Shown here: piece after piece, positions 47,689-57,457 of the stretch | Position numbering within the stretch: the first letter of the stretch is position 1 | Layout: each line of letters opens with the position of its first letter | Notes under the pieces: model-generated | Database searches by the model: none | Told to the model about the DNA's origin: nothing | What the model saw: the letters and a program-made list of their open reading frames with translations, nothing else | Assembly (NCBI GenBank): GCA_963763775.1 | Contig: CAVXPZ010000001.1 | Location: forward strand, 451 to 64,450 | DNA from: an uncultured Chloroflexia bacterium | Lineage (GTDB): Bacteria > Chloroflexota > Limnocylindria > Limnocylindrales > CSP1-4 | Length of the DNA: 64,000 bases | Reading direction: 5' to 3' | Program-made: the position numbers and the translations under genes

Positions 47689-48969
47689 GTGTTCGACTCT
47701 CTGCTGAACGCCTTCCGGGCGCCGGATATCCGGCGCCGGATCCTCTATGTCCTGGGCCTGTTGATCGTCTTCCGGCTCCTGGCCAGCGTGCCGGTCCCGG
47801 GCGTCGACAAGGCCCAGCTCCAGGGCTTCGTCAACAACAACCCGCTCTTCGGGTTGCTCGACCTCTTCTCCGGAGGCGGGTTGGCGAGGTTCTCGATCGT
47901 GGCGCTCGGCATGAACCCGTACATCAACTCGTCGATCATCATGCAGTTGATGACCGGCGTCGTCCCGCGGCTGCAGGCGCTGAGCCGGGAGGGCGAGTAC
48001 GGGCGGAACAAGATCAACCAGTACACGCGGTACCTGACGGTGCCGATGGCCATCCTGCAGGCCTACGGCTTCCTCGCGCTGCTCAACTACAACGGCGTGC
48101 TCTCGAGTGGCTTCGACCTCGCGAGCTTCGAGACGCTGACGCAGATCGCCACGCTGACCGCGGGCGCGATCGCGCTGATGTGGATCGGCGAGCTCATCAC
48201 CGAGCGGGGCATCGGGAACGGCATCAGCTTCATCATCTTCGCGGGCATCGTGAGCCGCGCCCCGAGCGCGATCACCGCGTTCATCGCGAGCCCGAACCTG
48301 GCGGCGTTCATCGCCTTCGCCGCGGTCGCGGTCGCGGCGGTCGGCGTGATCATCTACATCCAGGAAGGCCAACGGCGCATCCCGATCCAGTACGCCAGCC
48401 GCGTGCGTGGCCGGCGCATGTACCAGGGCGGGCAGACGTTCCTGCCGTTGCGCGTCAACCAGGCCGGCGTCATCCCGATCATCTTCGCGGTCAGCATCCT
48501 GCTGTTCCCGCAGCAGCTCGCCTCGTACTTCACCGGGTCCGAGGTCAAGATCGTCGCGGACATCGCGAACGGCATCGTCCGGTTCTTCAGCCCGGGCTCG
48601 CCGCTCTACATCGTCCTGTACTTCTTCCTGACGATGGGGTTCACGTACTTCTACACCGCGTTCACGTTCAAGCCCGATGAGACCGCCGAACAGCTGCGCA
48701 AGAACGGCGGCTTCATCCCGGGGATCAGGCCAGGTCGTCCGACACAGGATTACCTTGCCCGGGTCGTGACCCGGATCACGTTCGCCGGCGCCCTCTTCCT
48801 GGCGATCGTGGCCGTCTCGCCGGCGCTCATCGCGATGATCTTCACCGACCTCTCCACGCTCGGCCTTGGCGGCACGAGCCTGCTCATCGTGGTGTCGGTG
48901 GTCGTCGAGACGATGAAGCAGATCGAGGCGCAACTGATGATGCGCAACTACGAAGGCTTCATCAGATGA
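47689..48969 (+). CDS. secY: Preprotein translocase subunit SecY
   Basis: 426 aa, 10 hydrophobic segments; [14 protein letters not shown]; [21 protein letters not shown]. Confidence 0.96.
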   Translation: MFDSLLNAFRAPDIRRRILYVLGLLIVFRLLASVPVPGVDKAQLQGFVNNNPLFGLLDLFSGGGLARFSIVALGMNPYINSSIIMQLMTGVVPRLQALSREGEYGRNKINQYTRYLTVPMAILQAYGFLALLNYNGVLSSGFDLASFETLTQIATLTAGAIALMWIGELITERGIGNGISFIIFAGIVSRAPSAITAFIASPNLAAFIAFAAVAVAAVGVIIYIQEGQRRIPIQYASRVRGRRMYQGGQTFLPLRVNQAGVIPIIFAVSILLFPQQLASYFTGSEVKIVADIANGIVRFFSPGSPLYIVLYFFLTMGFTYFYTAFTFKPDETAEQLRKNGGFIPGIRPGRPTQDYLARVVTRITFAGALFLAIVAVSPALIAMIFTDLSTLGLGGTSLLIVVSVVVETMKQIEAQLMMRNYEGFIR

Positions 48970-48975
48970 GGTCGC

Positions 48976-49069
48976 CGGCCCTGGCGGCCGATCCCGGCGT
49001 CGCCGTCTGCGCACGATCGCTCACGCACCTTCGAGTGCGCTCGCTCTCGTGCTCGCCGACGCCCTGGGC
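48976..49069 (+). repeat. Operon-end repeat element, copy B (after secY)
   Basis: CGGCCCTGGCGG...GCGCACGATCGCTCACGCACC-ttcga-GTGCGCTCGCTCtcGTGCTCGCcgacGCC. Confidence 0.75.
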
Positions 49070-49102
49070 TCGACTCGCCATGCGCGGCGACTTGCCCGAC
49101 CG

Positions 49103-49765
49103 ATGACCGTCCTGGTCCTGCTCGGGGCTCCGGGGGCAGGGAAAGGGACGCAGGCGCCGATCCTCGCGCAACGTCTCGGCCTTCCGCACATCGCGACCGG
49201 CGACCTCTTTCGAGCCGCGGTCCGCGACGGGTCGCCGATCGGCATCGAGGCGCGCCGCTACATGGAGCGCGGCCAGCTGGTGCCCGACGACATCACGATC
49301 CGGATGCTCCTCGCCCGACTCGCCCAGGGCGACGCCGGGAAGGGCGTGATCCTCGACGGGTTCCCGCGCAATCGGGCCCAGGCGGAGTCGCTCGACGGGG
49401 CCCTGGCCGAGCATGACGGGCGTGTCGACCGCGCGCTCCAGATCGACGTCCCCACCGAGGAGCTCGTGGTCCGGCTGTCCGGCCGGTGGGTCTGCCAGGC
49501 CTCGGGCCACGTCTACAACGAGACGACGAACCCGCCGAGGGCGACCGGCCGATGCGACCTGGACGGGTCGCCGCTGATCCAGCGGGACGACGACCGCACG
49601 GAGACGATCCGGGCCCGCCTGGCCCTCCAGCTGGGCAGCCTCCGCGACGTCGTGTCGTACTACCGATCGGCCGGCGTGCTGCGGACGGTGGACGGTCGCC
49701 AGGACATCGATGAGGTGACGGCGGCGCTGCTGGCCGCGGTCGACGACCTGTTCGAGGCCGCCTGA
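49103..49765 (+). CDS. adk: Adenylate kinase
   Basis: ATG 49103 gives MTVLVLLGAPGAGKGTQA (P-loop at the N-terminus). The GTG 49049 extension lies inside the repeat element and is rejected. Confidence 0.92.
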   Translation: MTVLVLLGAPGAGKGTQAPILAQRLGLPHIATGDLFRAAVRDGSPIGIEARRYMERGQLVPDDITIRMLLARLAQGDAGKGVILDGFPRNRAQAESLDGALAEHDGRVDRALQIDVPTEELVVRLSGRWVCQASGHVYNETTNPPRATGRCDLDGSPLIQRDDDRTETIRARLALQLGSLRDVVSYYRSAGVLRTVDGRQDIDEVTAALLAAVDDLFEAA

Positions 49766-49766
49766 C

Positions 49767-50531
49767 ATGGTCACGAGGAAGTCGCGCGCCGAGGTCGACA
49801 AGATGCGCCGGGCCGGGCGCATCGTGGCCGAAGTGTTGGCCCTGATCGAGGAAGGCCTCAAGCCGGGCGTCTCGACGGCCGACCTCGACCGCCAGGCCGA
49901 GGCCCACATCCGCCGGTCCGGTGCCATCCCCTCCTTCAAGGGCTACCCCGGGATCAACCCGCGGACGCCGTTCCCGGCCAGCGTGTGCATCTCCATCGAC
50001 GACGAGATCGTCCACGGCATCCCCGGGGAGCGCACGATCCGGACCGGGCAGATCGTCTCGGTCGACGCCGGCGCCATCCTCGACGGCTGGCACGGCGACT
50101 CAGCCCGGACCTTCTATATCGGCGACCCGCCACCCGCGATCGCCGACCTGATCGCCACGACGCGCGACGCGATGCTCGCCGGGATCGCCGCCGCGGTCCC
50201 CGGCCGCCACATCGAGGACATCTCCGCCGCCGTGGAGGACGTCGCCAAGCCCAAGGGCTACGGGATCATCCGCCAGTTCGTCGGCCATGGCATCGGGACC
50301 GAGATGCACGAAGAGCCCCAGGTCCCGAACTTCCGGACCGGTCGGCCGGGCCGCAAGCTCGAGCCCGGCCTGTGCCTCGCGATCGAGCCGATGCTCACCA
50401 TGGGCCGGCACGAGGCGCATGTCCTGCCCGACGACTGGACCATCGTCACGGTGGACGGGTCGCTCGCCGCGCACTTCGAGGACACCATCGCCGTGACCGA
50501 GCACGGTCCCGAGGTCCTGACGGCCCTGTGA
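49767..50531 (+). CDS. map: Type I methionine aminopeptidase
   Basis: Metal ligands in context: VSVDAGAILDGWHGDSARTF; GHGIGTEMHEEP; FEDTIAVTE. Confidence 0.95.
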   Translation: MVTRKSRAEVDKMRRAGRIVAEVLALIEEGLKPGVSTADLDRQAEAHIRRSGAIPSFKGYPGINPRTPFPASVCISIDDEIVHGIPGERTIRTGQIVSVDAGAILDGWHGDSARTFYIGDPPPAIADLIATTRDAMLAGIAAAVPGRHIEDISAAVEDVAKPKGYGIIRQFVGHGIGTEMHEEPQVPNFRTGRPGRKLEPGLCLAIEPMLTMGRHEAHVLPDDWTIVTVDGSLAAHFEDTIAVTEHGPEVLTAL

Positions 50532-50575
50532 GGTGGTTGCCGGGATCACGCATCTTTGATACGCTACGCGTTCGT

Positions 50576-50599
50576 GTGTCGGCCCAGCCGGGCCGACAC
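50576..50599 (+). other. Perfect 10-bp GC hairpin in the map-infA spacer
   Basis: GTGTCGGCCC-AGCC-GGGCCGACAC. No U-tract follows; function unknown. Confidence 0.5.
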
Positions 50600-50628
50600 T
50601 GCGCGTGAGAAAGGGAAGCACGTAGCCT

Positions 50629-50847
50629 GTGGCCAAGCGAGATGCGATCGAAGTCGAAGGGACGGTCATCGAACCGCTTCCGAACACGATGTTCGCCGTC
50701 GAGCTGGAGAATGGCCACCGGGTGCTCGCCCACATCAGCGGCAAGCTTCGGATGAATTTCATCCGCATCCTGCCGGGTGATCGAGTCCGTGTCGAGTTGT
50801 CCCCGTACGACCTGACGCGCGGCCGGATCACCTACCGCCTCAAGTGA
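50629..50847 (+). CDS. infA: Translation initiation factor IF-1
   Basis: (M)[52 protein letters not shown]. Confidence 0.96.
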   Translation: MAKRDAIEVEGTVIEPLPNTMFAVELENGHRVLAHISGKLRMNFIRILPGDRVRVELSPYDLTRGRITYRLK

Positions 50848-50881
50848 TCGATACCAGTCCTACCACGAGCCCGAGGATCCG

Positions 50882-50995
50882 TTGAAAGTCAGAGCTTCCG
50901 TCAAGGCGCGCTGCGACAACTGCAAGGTCATCCGTCGCCACGGCACCGTGATGGTCATCTGCACCAATCCCAAGCACAAGCAGCGGCAGGGGTAA
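50882..50995 (+). CDS. rpmJ: 50S ribosomal protein L36 (zinc-binding)
   Basis: Hand translation from TTG 50882: [37 protein letters not shown] (37 aa). Confidence 0.9.
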   Translation: MKVRASVKARCDNCKVIRRHGTVMVICTNPKHKQRQG

Positions 50996-50998
50996 CCG

Positions 50999-51370
50999 AT
51001 GGCACGCATCGCCGGCGTCGACATCCCGCGTGAGAAGCGCGTCGAGATCGCTCTGACCTACGTCTTCGGGATCGGCCTGCCGACCAGCCAGAAGATCCTG
51101 GCCCAGACGAACATCAATCCGGACACGCGCGTCCGCGACCTCACCGAAGAGCAGGTCAACCGGCTCCGCGAGCTGATCGACCGGCGCTACAAGGTCGAGG
51201 GCGACCTTCGCCGCGAGGTGGCGCTGAACATCAAGCGCCTCACGGAGATCGGGTCGTACCGCGGCCTGCGCCATCGGCGCAACCTGCCGGTGCGCGGCCA
51301 GCGGACCAAGACCAACGCTCGCCAGCGTCGCGGCCCCAAGAAGACCGTCGGCGTCCGGCGCAAGAAGTGA
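50999..51370 (+). CDS. rpsM: 30S ribosomal protein S13
   Basis: [26 protein letters not shown]. Confidence 0.96.
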   Translation: MARIAGVDIPREKRVEIALTYVFGIGLPTSQKILAQTNINPDTRVRDLTEEQVNRLRELIDRRYKVEGDLRREVALNIKRLTEIGSYRGLRHRRNLPVRGQRTKTNARQRRGPKKTVGVRRKK

Positions 51371-51387
51371 CGAGGGACTGACCAGGC

Positions 51388-51783
51388 ATGGCGGAACGCA
51401 AGCGAGCGGTCAAGCAGCGTCGGCGTGAGAAGAAGAACGTCCCGCAGGGGCACGTTCACATCCAGGCCACGTTCAACAACACGATCATCACGATCACGGA
51501 CCTCAACGGGGCCGTCATCAGCTGGGGCTCCGCCGGCGTCGCCGGGTTCAAGGGCTCCCGCAAGAGCACCCCGTACGCGGCCGCGTTGTCGGCCGATGGC
51601 GCCGCTCGCCGGGCGATGGAGCACGGCATGCGCCAGGTCGAGGTGTACGTCAAGGGCCCCGGTGCCGGTCGTGAACAGGCGATCCGCTCGCTCCAGGCCG
51701 CTGGCCTCGAGGTCAGTGCCATCACCGATGTGACCCCCATCCCGCACAACGGCTGCCGCCCGCCCAAGCGGCGCCGCGTCTAG
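51388..51783 (+). CDS. rpsK: 30S ribosomal protein S11
   Basis: [30 protein letters not shown]. Confidence 0.96.
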   Translation: MAERKRAVKQRRREKKNVPQGHVHIQATFNNTIITITDLNGAVISWGSAGVAGFKGSRKSTPYAAALSADGAARRAMEHGMRQVEVYVKGPGAGREQAIRSLQAAGLEVSAITDVTPIPHNGCRPPKRRRV

Positions 51784-51799
51784 CAGAGCCCGAGGACCC

Positions 51800-52426
51800 A
51801 TGGCCCGTTACACCGAAGCCGTCTGCCGCCTGTGCCGACGGGAGGGCGCCAAGCTCTTCCTGAAGGGCACGCGGTGCTATACCAAGAAGTGCGCGTTCGA
51901 GCGTCGGCCGACCCCTCCCGGTCAGCACGGCGTCCGTCGGCGCAAGGTCGCCGAGTACGGCCTCCAGCTGCGCGAGAAGCAGAAGGTCCGCCGCACCTAC
52001 GGCGTCCTCGAGCGGCAGTTCCGGAACTACTTCGTCGACGCGGAGAACAAGCCCGGCGTGACCGGTGAGAACCTCCTGCGCTCGCTGGAGCTGCGCCTCG
52101 ACAACGTCGTGTTCCGGATGGGCCTCGCCACGTCGCGCGCCCAGGCCCGCCAGCTCGTCGCGCACGGTCACTTCGCCGTGAACGGCCGGCCCACGAACAT
52201 CTCGTCCTTCCGACTGAAGCCGGGCGACCGGATCGAGGTCCGCGAGACCCATCGGACCCGCGAGCCCTTCAAGATCGCGAAGGAGACCCTGCGCAACCAC
52301 CAGGCGCCCGAATGGCTGACGATCGACGCTGCCAGCCTCTCCGGGACCGTCGTCACCCCGCCCAGCCGCGACCAGATGCCGCTCGACCTCAACGAGCAGC
52401 TCGTGGTCGAGTACTACTCGAGGTAA
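51800..52426 (+). CDS. rpsD: 30S ribosomal protein S4 (Cys4 N-terminal motif)
   Basis: [34 protein letters not shown]; S4 RNA-binding domain [26 protein letters not shown]. Confidence 0.96.
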   Translation: MARYTEAVCRLCRREGAKLFLKGTRCYTKKCAFERRPTPPGQHGVRRRKVAEYGLQLREKQKVRRTYGVLERQFRNYFVDAENKPGVTGENLLRSLELRLDNVVFRMGLATSRAQARQLVAHGHFAVNGRPTNISSFRLKPGDRIEVRETHRTREPFKIAKETLRNHQAPEWLTIDAASLSGTVVTPPSRDQMPLDLNEQLVVEYYSR

Positions 52427-52436
52427 CCGCACCCTC

Positions 52437-53426
52437 ATGATCGAACTCGAGAACCCGCAGATCGAGCCCGTCGAGGAGGTCGGCACGTACGCCAAGTACG
52501 AGGCCGGTCCGCTGCAGGCCGGCTACGGCGTCACGCTCGGCAACGCGCTCCGGCGCGTCCTCCTCTCGTCCCTGGAGGGCGCGGCGGTCACGAGCATCCA
52601 GATCCGTGACGTCTACCAGGAGTTCTCGACGATCCCGGGCGTCAAGGAGGACGTCACCCAGATCGTCCTGAACGTCAAGAAGCTCCGCCTGAAGAGCTAC
52701 GCGACACACCCGGTCCAGCTCCGCCTCATCAAGAGCGGCGCCGGCGCGGTGACCGCAGCCGACATCGCCGAGTCCGCCGACGTCGAGATCGTCAACCCGG
52801 ACCTCGTCCTGATGACGCTCGACACGGACGACGTGACGATCGAGCTCGACCTGACCGTCGAGCGCGGCGTCGGCTACCTGGGCGCCGAGCGAGCCGAGGC
52901 GCTGCCGATCGGCGTCATCGCCGTCGACGCGATCTTCACCCCGGTCAAGAAGGTCAACTACTGGGTCGAGGGCATGCGGGTCGGTCAGATGACCAACTAC
53001 GACAAGCTCACGATCGAGATCGAGACCGACGGCACGATCAGCCCGGAGGAGGCCCTCAGCCGCTCCGCGGAGATCCTCGTCAACCAGTTCCGGCCGTTCG
53101 TGACGGTCGGCATGGCGGCGGTCCCGGCCGTGCCCGTGACCGGCGCGGCGACGCTCCCCTCGAACATGCTCGACATGCCGATCGAGGAGCTGGACCTGCC
53201 GATGCGAGCCTACAACTCGCTCAAGCGCAACAACATCGTCAAGGTCGGCCAGCTGCTGCAGCTCAAGGACGACGACCTGCTCCGGATGCGCAACTTCGGC
53301 AAGAAGTCGCTCGACGAGATGAAGGAGCGCCTGCGGATGCGGGGCTTCATCGTCCCGGACACGGAGACCGACGGCCTGGACCTCGAGGACGGCGACGAGC
53401 CGTTCGAGGACGAGACGGAGGCCTGA
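52437..53426 (+). CDS. rpoA: DNA-directed RNA polymerase subunit alpha
   Basis: GYGVTLGNALRRVLLSSLEGAAVTS; C-terminal domain ELDLPMRAYNSLKRNNIVKVGQL. Confidence 0.96.
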   Translation: MIELENPQIEPVEEVGTYAKYEAGPLQAGYGVTLGNALRRVLLSSLEGAAVTSIQIRDVYQEFSTIPGVKEDVTQIVLNVKKLRLKSYATHPVQLRLIKSGAGAVTAADIAESADVEIVNPDLVLMTLDTDDVTIELDLTVERGVGYLGAERAEALPIGVIAVDAIFTPVKKVNYWVEGMRVGQMTNYDKLTIEIETDGTISPEEALSRSAEILVNQFRPFVTVGMAAVPAVPVTGAATLPSNMLDMPIEELDLPMRAYNSLKRNNIVKVGQLLQLKDDDLLRMRNFGKKSLDEMKERLRMRGFIVPDTETDGLDLEDGDEPFEDETEA

Positions 53427-53429
53427 GTC

Positions 53430-53786
53430 GTGTCCTCCCATCGGATCGGCGGGCGCAAGCTCAGCCGCAAGCAGGGCCCGCGGCTCAGCCTGTACAAGAA
53501 CCTGACCGTGTCCGTGCTCCGCTACGAGCGGGTCAAGACGACCGAGGCGAAGGCCAAGGAGATCAGCGGCCGGGTCGAGAAGATGATCACGCTCGCGAAG
53601 CGCGGCGACCTCGCCGCCCGACGCGCCGTGGTCTCGCAGTTCCCCAACGAACCGCTCGTCGTGAACAAGCTGTTCGATGAGATCGCCCCCAAGTACGCCG
53701 ACCGGTCGTCCGGGTACACCCGGATCGTCCGTCTCGGCCAGCGCCGCGGCGACGCCGCGGAAATCGTGCAGATCGAACTGGTCTGA
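53430..53786 (+). CDS. rplQ: 50S ribosomal protein L17
   Basis: [22 protein letters not shown]...; [17 protein letters not shown]. Confidence 0.95.
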   Translation: MSSHRIGGRKLSRKQGPRLSLYKNLTVSVLRYERVKTTEAKAKEISGRVEKMITLAKRGDLAARRAVVSQFPNEPLVVNKLFDEIAPKYADRSSGYTRIVRLGQRRGDAAEIVQIELV

Positions 53787-53793
53787 TCCACCG

Positions 53794-54580
53794 ATGCCCG
53801 AGAGGGTGTCCTCGCGGCGCTTTCGCGCCCGGGTCGAATATGACGGAACGGACTTCGCCGGGTTCCAGGTCAATCCTGGGAAACGGACGGTCCAGGGGGT
53901 CCTGGAGGACGCGCTGCGTCGCCTCGGCAACGGGGTGGAGCGACGGGTCGACGGGGCCGGCCGAACGGATGCCGGGGTCCACGCCGAGGGGCAGGTCATC
54001 GCCTTCTCCTACGACGGACGACTCTCGGCGACGGAGCTGGGACGGGCGCTCGATGCGCTGCTCCCCGGCGACGTCGCCATCCGGGATCTGCGTCGGACGA
54101 CCTCGGGGTTCCATCCCCGCTATGCGGCGCGGTATCGGGAGTACCGCTACACCGTCTGGAACGGGCCGCGCAGCCCGCTCCGCGAGCGCTCGGCGCTCGG
54201 GGTGCGAGTCCCGCTCGACACCGCCGCGATGGCGGAGGCCGGGTCGGTCTTCCTTGGCCGGCACGACTTCAGCGCCTTCGGGGCGACGGACCGATCACCG
54301 GTCCGGACCGTCATGGCGGTCCGGGTCCGGCGGAAGGGACCGGTCGTGACGATCGACGTCAGGGCCGATGTCCTTCCTCCGAGGGATGGTCCGCCGGATG
54401 GTGGCCGTCCTCGTGGAGGTCGGCCTGGGGAAGATGGATATGGAAGCGGTCCGGTCGGCGCTCGCCGATGCCGGACCAGCGAACGATGGGGCGGCTGCCC
54501 CGGCCAAGGGGCTCTGCCTCCGGCGCGTGGCCTTCGGGCGACGACCGGACGAATGGAACGGAGAACACGAGGAACGATGA
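53794..54580 (+). pseudogene. truA: tRNA pseudouridine(38-40) synthase TruA, interrupted by one extra base at about 54367-54370 as written
   Basis: [15 protein letters not shown]...[15 protein letters not shown] is in one frame up to TIDVRAD. The conserved [18 protein letters not shown]...[11 protein letters not shown] continues in the next frame (ORF 54368-54580). Confidence 0.88.
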
Positions 54581-55008
54581 ACGCCAAGACCGTAGCCGTA
54601 CGGGAGAGCGAGATCGAGCGACGATGGTTCGTCGTCGACGCGACGGACGAGACGCTGGGTCGCCTCGCGTCGCGCATCGCCCGTGTCCTCGAGGGCAAGC
54701 ACAAGCCCACCTACCAGCCGAATCTCGACTCCGGCGACCACGTCATCGTGCTCAACGCCGCGAAGATCGCCGTGACGAGCAGCAAGCTCGAGTCGAAGAT
54801 CTACGCCCGCCACAGCGGCTACCCCCAGGGCTTCAAGGAAGAGACCCTGGGCCACCTGCTGGCTCGTCGGCCGGAGGAGCCCATCCGCCGTGCCGTCAAG
54901 GGGATGCTGCCGCACAACCGCCTCGGCGCCCAGCAGCTGCGCAAGCTGAAGGTCTACGCCGGATCCGACCATCCGCATCAGGCCCAGCGGCCTGAGCCGC
55001 TCGCCTGA
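54577..55008 (+). CDS. rplM: 50S ribosomal protein L13
   Basis: ATG 54577 (ATGA overlap with the truA stop); [32 protein letters not shown]. Confidence 0.95.
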   Translation: MNAKTVAVRESEIERRWFVVDATDETLGRLASRIARVLEGKHKPTYQPNLDSGDHVIVLNAAKIAVTSSKLESKIYARHSGYPQGFKEETLGHLLARRPEEPIRRAVKGMLPHNRLGAQQLRKLKVYAGSDHPHQAQRPEPLA

Positions 55009-55025
55009 CGAGGAGCCCGAACCGT

Positions 55026-55424
55026 ATGTCCGCCCCTGCCTTCTACTCCGGGACCGGTCGTCGCAAGACGGCCATCGCCCGCGTCCGGCTCCTGCCGGGC
55101 GAAGGTGAGATCGTCGTCAACGGCCGCTCGCTCGACGAGCACTTCGGCAACGCGATCAACGAGACCGACGTCCGCATGCCGTTCCGCGTGACCGGCACCG
55201 AGGGCCGCTACAACGCGATGATCAAGGTCGAGGGTGGTGGCGTCACCGGTCAGGCTGGGGCCATCCGCCACGGCATCGCCCGTGCGCTGCTCGAAGTCGA
55301 CCCGGAGGGCAACCGCCTCCCGCTGCGCCAGGCCGGCCTCCTCACGCGCGATCCGCGCATGAAGGAGCGCAAGAAGTACGGCCTCAAGCGAGCTAGGAAA
55401 GCGCCTCAGTACACGAAGCGCTAG
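55026..55424 (+). CDS. rpsI: 30S ribosomal protein S9
   Basis: [14 protein letters not shown]...; ends ...[17 protein letters not shown]. Confidence 0.96.
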   Translation: MSAPAFYSGTGRRKTAIARVRLLPGEGEIVVNGRSLDEHFGNAINETDVRMPFRVTGTEGRYNAMIKVEGGGVTGQAGAIRHGIARALLEVDPEGNRLPLRQAGLLTRDPRMKERKKYGLKRARKAPQYTKR

Positions 55425-55432
55425 TCGACGGC

Positions 55433-55528
55433 GCCGGCCAGGGACGCTCATGCGTGCGTTGGTCGCTCCGCGCGCTCGCTCACGCACCTTGGGGTGCGCT
55501 CGCTCCCGTGCTCGCGTCCGCCTTCGCC
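55433..55528 (+). repeat. Operon-end repeat element, copy C (after rpsI)
   Basis: GCGCGCTCGCTCACGCACC-ttgg-GGTGCGCTCGCTCccGTGCTCGCgtccGCCttcGCC. Confidence 0.75.
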
Positions 55529-55583
55529 TGAACGCCCCTGGTCGACGCACGGCAGTTCGAACAGGGCGATGGAGCCCGGCGCG

Positions 55584-56537
55584 ATGACCGCGTCGCTGCA
55601 TGGGCGGGACTTCCTGAGTGTCGCGGACTTCTCGGCGGCCGAGGTGGAGCGGGTGTTCGCGACCGCGACGGCGCTCAAGTCGGAGTTCCGGGACGGACGC
55701 CGGCACGCCGTGCCGCCGCTCGCGGGGCGGACGCTCGCGATGCTTTTCCAGAAGCCGAGCCTGCGCACGCGCGTGACCTTCGAGGCCGGGATGGCCCAGC
55801 TCGGCGGCCATGCCATCTACCTCACGAACGACGTCGTGCTCGGGGCGCGCGAGAGCGTCCGCGACGTGGCGCGGAACCTCGACCGGTTCGTCGACGGGAT
55901 CGTGGTCCGGACGGGCCCGCAGGAGGTCGTCCTCGAGCTCGCCGCGCAGGCCGAGATCCCGGTGATCAATGGCTTGAGTCTGCGCGAGCATCCGTGCCAG
56001 GCCCTCGCCGACGTCTTCACGATCGGCGAGCGGTTCGGCGACGTCCGCGGCGTCAGCCTGGCGTTCGTCGGCGACGGCAACAACGTCTACCACTCGCTGG
56101 CGCTGCTCGGCGCCGCCCTCGGGATGGAGATCCGGCTCGCCCATCCTCCCGGCTACGCCCCGAACGAGCGGATCGTCGCCCGCGCCCGCGAGCTGGCCGC
56201 GGCCTCGGGTGGTCGGCTGGTCTTCGGCGAGGACCCGGTCGAGATCGTGCGCGGGGCGCAGGTCGTCTACACCGATGCGTGGACCTCGATGGGGCAGGAG
56301 GCCGAGGCCGAGGAGCGCCGCGACGCCTTCGCTGGCTTCCAGGTCGACGACGCCCTCCTCGACGCCGCCGGCCCGGACGTCGTCGCCATGCACTGCCTGC
56401 CGGCCCACCGGGGCGAGGAGATCACCTCGTCCGTGATGGACGGACCGCGTAGTCTCATCTTCGACCAGTCGGAGAACCGGCTCCACGTCCAGAAGGCCTT
56501 GCTGGTCGAAGTCCTGGCAGGGGAGGACCACCCGTGA
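55584..56537 (+). CDS. argF: Ornithine carbamoyltransferase
   Basis: FQKPSLRTRVTFE, HPCQALAD and HCLPAHRGEE motifs. Start at ATG 55584 (GGAG 9 nt upstream) or ATG 55569. Confidence 0.9.
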   Translation: MTASLHGRDFLSVADFSAAEVERVFATATALKSEFRDGRRHAVPPLAGRTLAMLFQKPSLRTRVTFEAGMAQLGGHAIYLTNDVVLGARESVRDVARNLDRFVDGIVVRTGPQEVVLELAAQAEIPVINGLSLREHPCQALADVFTIGERFGDVRGVSLAFVGDGNNVYHSLALLGAALGMEIRLAHPPGYAPNERIVARARELAAASGGRLVFGEDPVEIVRGAQVVYTDAWTSMGQEAEAEERRDAFAGFQVDDALLDAAGPDVVAMHCLPAHRGEEITSSVMDGPRSLIFDQSENRLHVQKALLVEVLAGEDHP

Positions 56538-57415
56538 GCGATGCCCTCGAGCGCTACAAGGACGCGCTCCGTCGCGGCCACGCCGCGTCGCTTCGAGGGG
56601 CCTTCGACGAGGCCATCACCGCGTACCGCGAGGCGGCCACGATCGCACCGGACCGCGCGATGCCCCAGGCGAGCCTGGCCGGCGTGCTCGCCCGGACCGG
56701 GCGACTGAGCGAGGCGCTCGCGGCCTATGACGTGGCGCTGGCCCGCCAGGCGGATGACGAGGCGTCGCTGCGCGGCCGCGCGGAGATGCTCGTGATCATG
56801 GGCCGACGAGCCGAGGCGGCCGACACCCTGGACCGACTCGCGGACGTCCTCGACCGCGACGGGCGGCTCGCGGATGCCTGCGATGTCGCGAGTCGCGCCC
56901 TGGACCTCGCCGAATCGCGAGCCCGGCGACAGGGCCTCGAGGCCATGGTCGAGCGGCTGCGCGAATCCGGGGACGCCAGCGGCGTCGCCGATCTCGAGGC
57001 CGCCCTCGGCACGACGCCGGTCGCCGAGCCGAAGCGCGACCCCCGCAAGCCCGTGCTCGCGGCCGCGGCCGTGCTGTCGGCGGCGGCCGAGGCCGCGCTC
57101 GACGCCGGCGACCCCGACGAGGCGCGCCGCTGCTACCTCGAGGCGGCCGCAGCCCAGCGCTCGATCGGCAACCTGCATGCGGCGCTCGACCAGTGCTATC
57201 AGGCCCTCGCGATCTCCCCGGCCGACGGCGCCGTGCATCTCGCCCTGACCGAGCTCTACCTCGACCGGGGCTGGAGGACGCCCGCCGCCGACAAGCTCGT
57301 CCTCCTGGGACGGCTCTCGGAGCTCGGCGGCGACGAGCTCACCAAGGCGAGGCTCTGCACGATGGCCGCCGACCGGTTCCCCGACGACCAACGGTTCGCG
57401 GCCATCTGCGGCTGA
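56534..57415 (+). CDS. Ala/Leu/Arg-rich helical-repeat (TPR-like) protein of unknown function
   Basis: 293-aa ORF with GTGA overlap on the argF stop. Repeated A-x-x-x-Y/A-L helical pairs (AITAYREAATIAPD, ALAAYDVALARQADD, ALDQCYQALAISPAD). Confidence 0.6.
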   Translation: MSDALERYKDALRRGHAASLRGAFDEAITAYREAATIAPDRAMPQASLAGVLARTGRLSEALAAYDVALARQADDEASLRGRAEMLVIMGRRAEAADTLDRLADVLDRDGRLADACDVASRALDLAESRARRQGLEAMVERLRESGDASGVADLEAALGTTPVAEPKRDPRKPVLAAAAVLSAAAEAALDAGDPDEARRCYLEAAAAQRSIGNLHAALDQCYQALAISPADGAVHLALTELYLDRGWRTPAADKLVLLGRLSELGGDELTKARLCTMAADRFPDDQRFAAICG

Positions 57416-57457
57416 CCGCCCGGCCGCGGGCGAGGGCGATGCTACACTCGCCCGACG

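Noticed and set aside
49049-49102. N-terminal 18-aa extension of adenylate kinase from GTG 49049
   Set aside because: The extension lies inside the operon-end repeat element (copy B). In the other two copies the same sequence is in different frames relative to the downstream gene. The P-loop normally sits within the first 15 residues.
53677-55008. 443-aa ORF fusing truA to rplM, and 865-aa ORF (58399-60996) fusing cdaR to glmM
   Set aside because: In both cases the middle part is out-of-frame nonsense. It happens to stay open until it re-enters the frame of the next real gene. These are not genuine fusion proteins.
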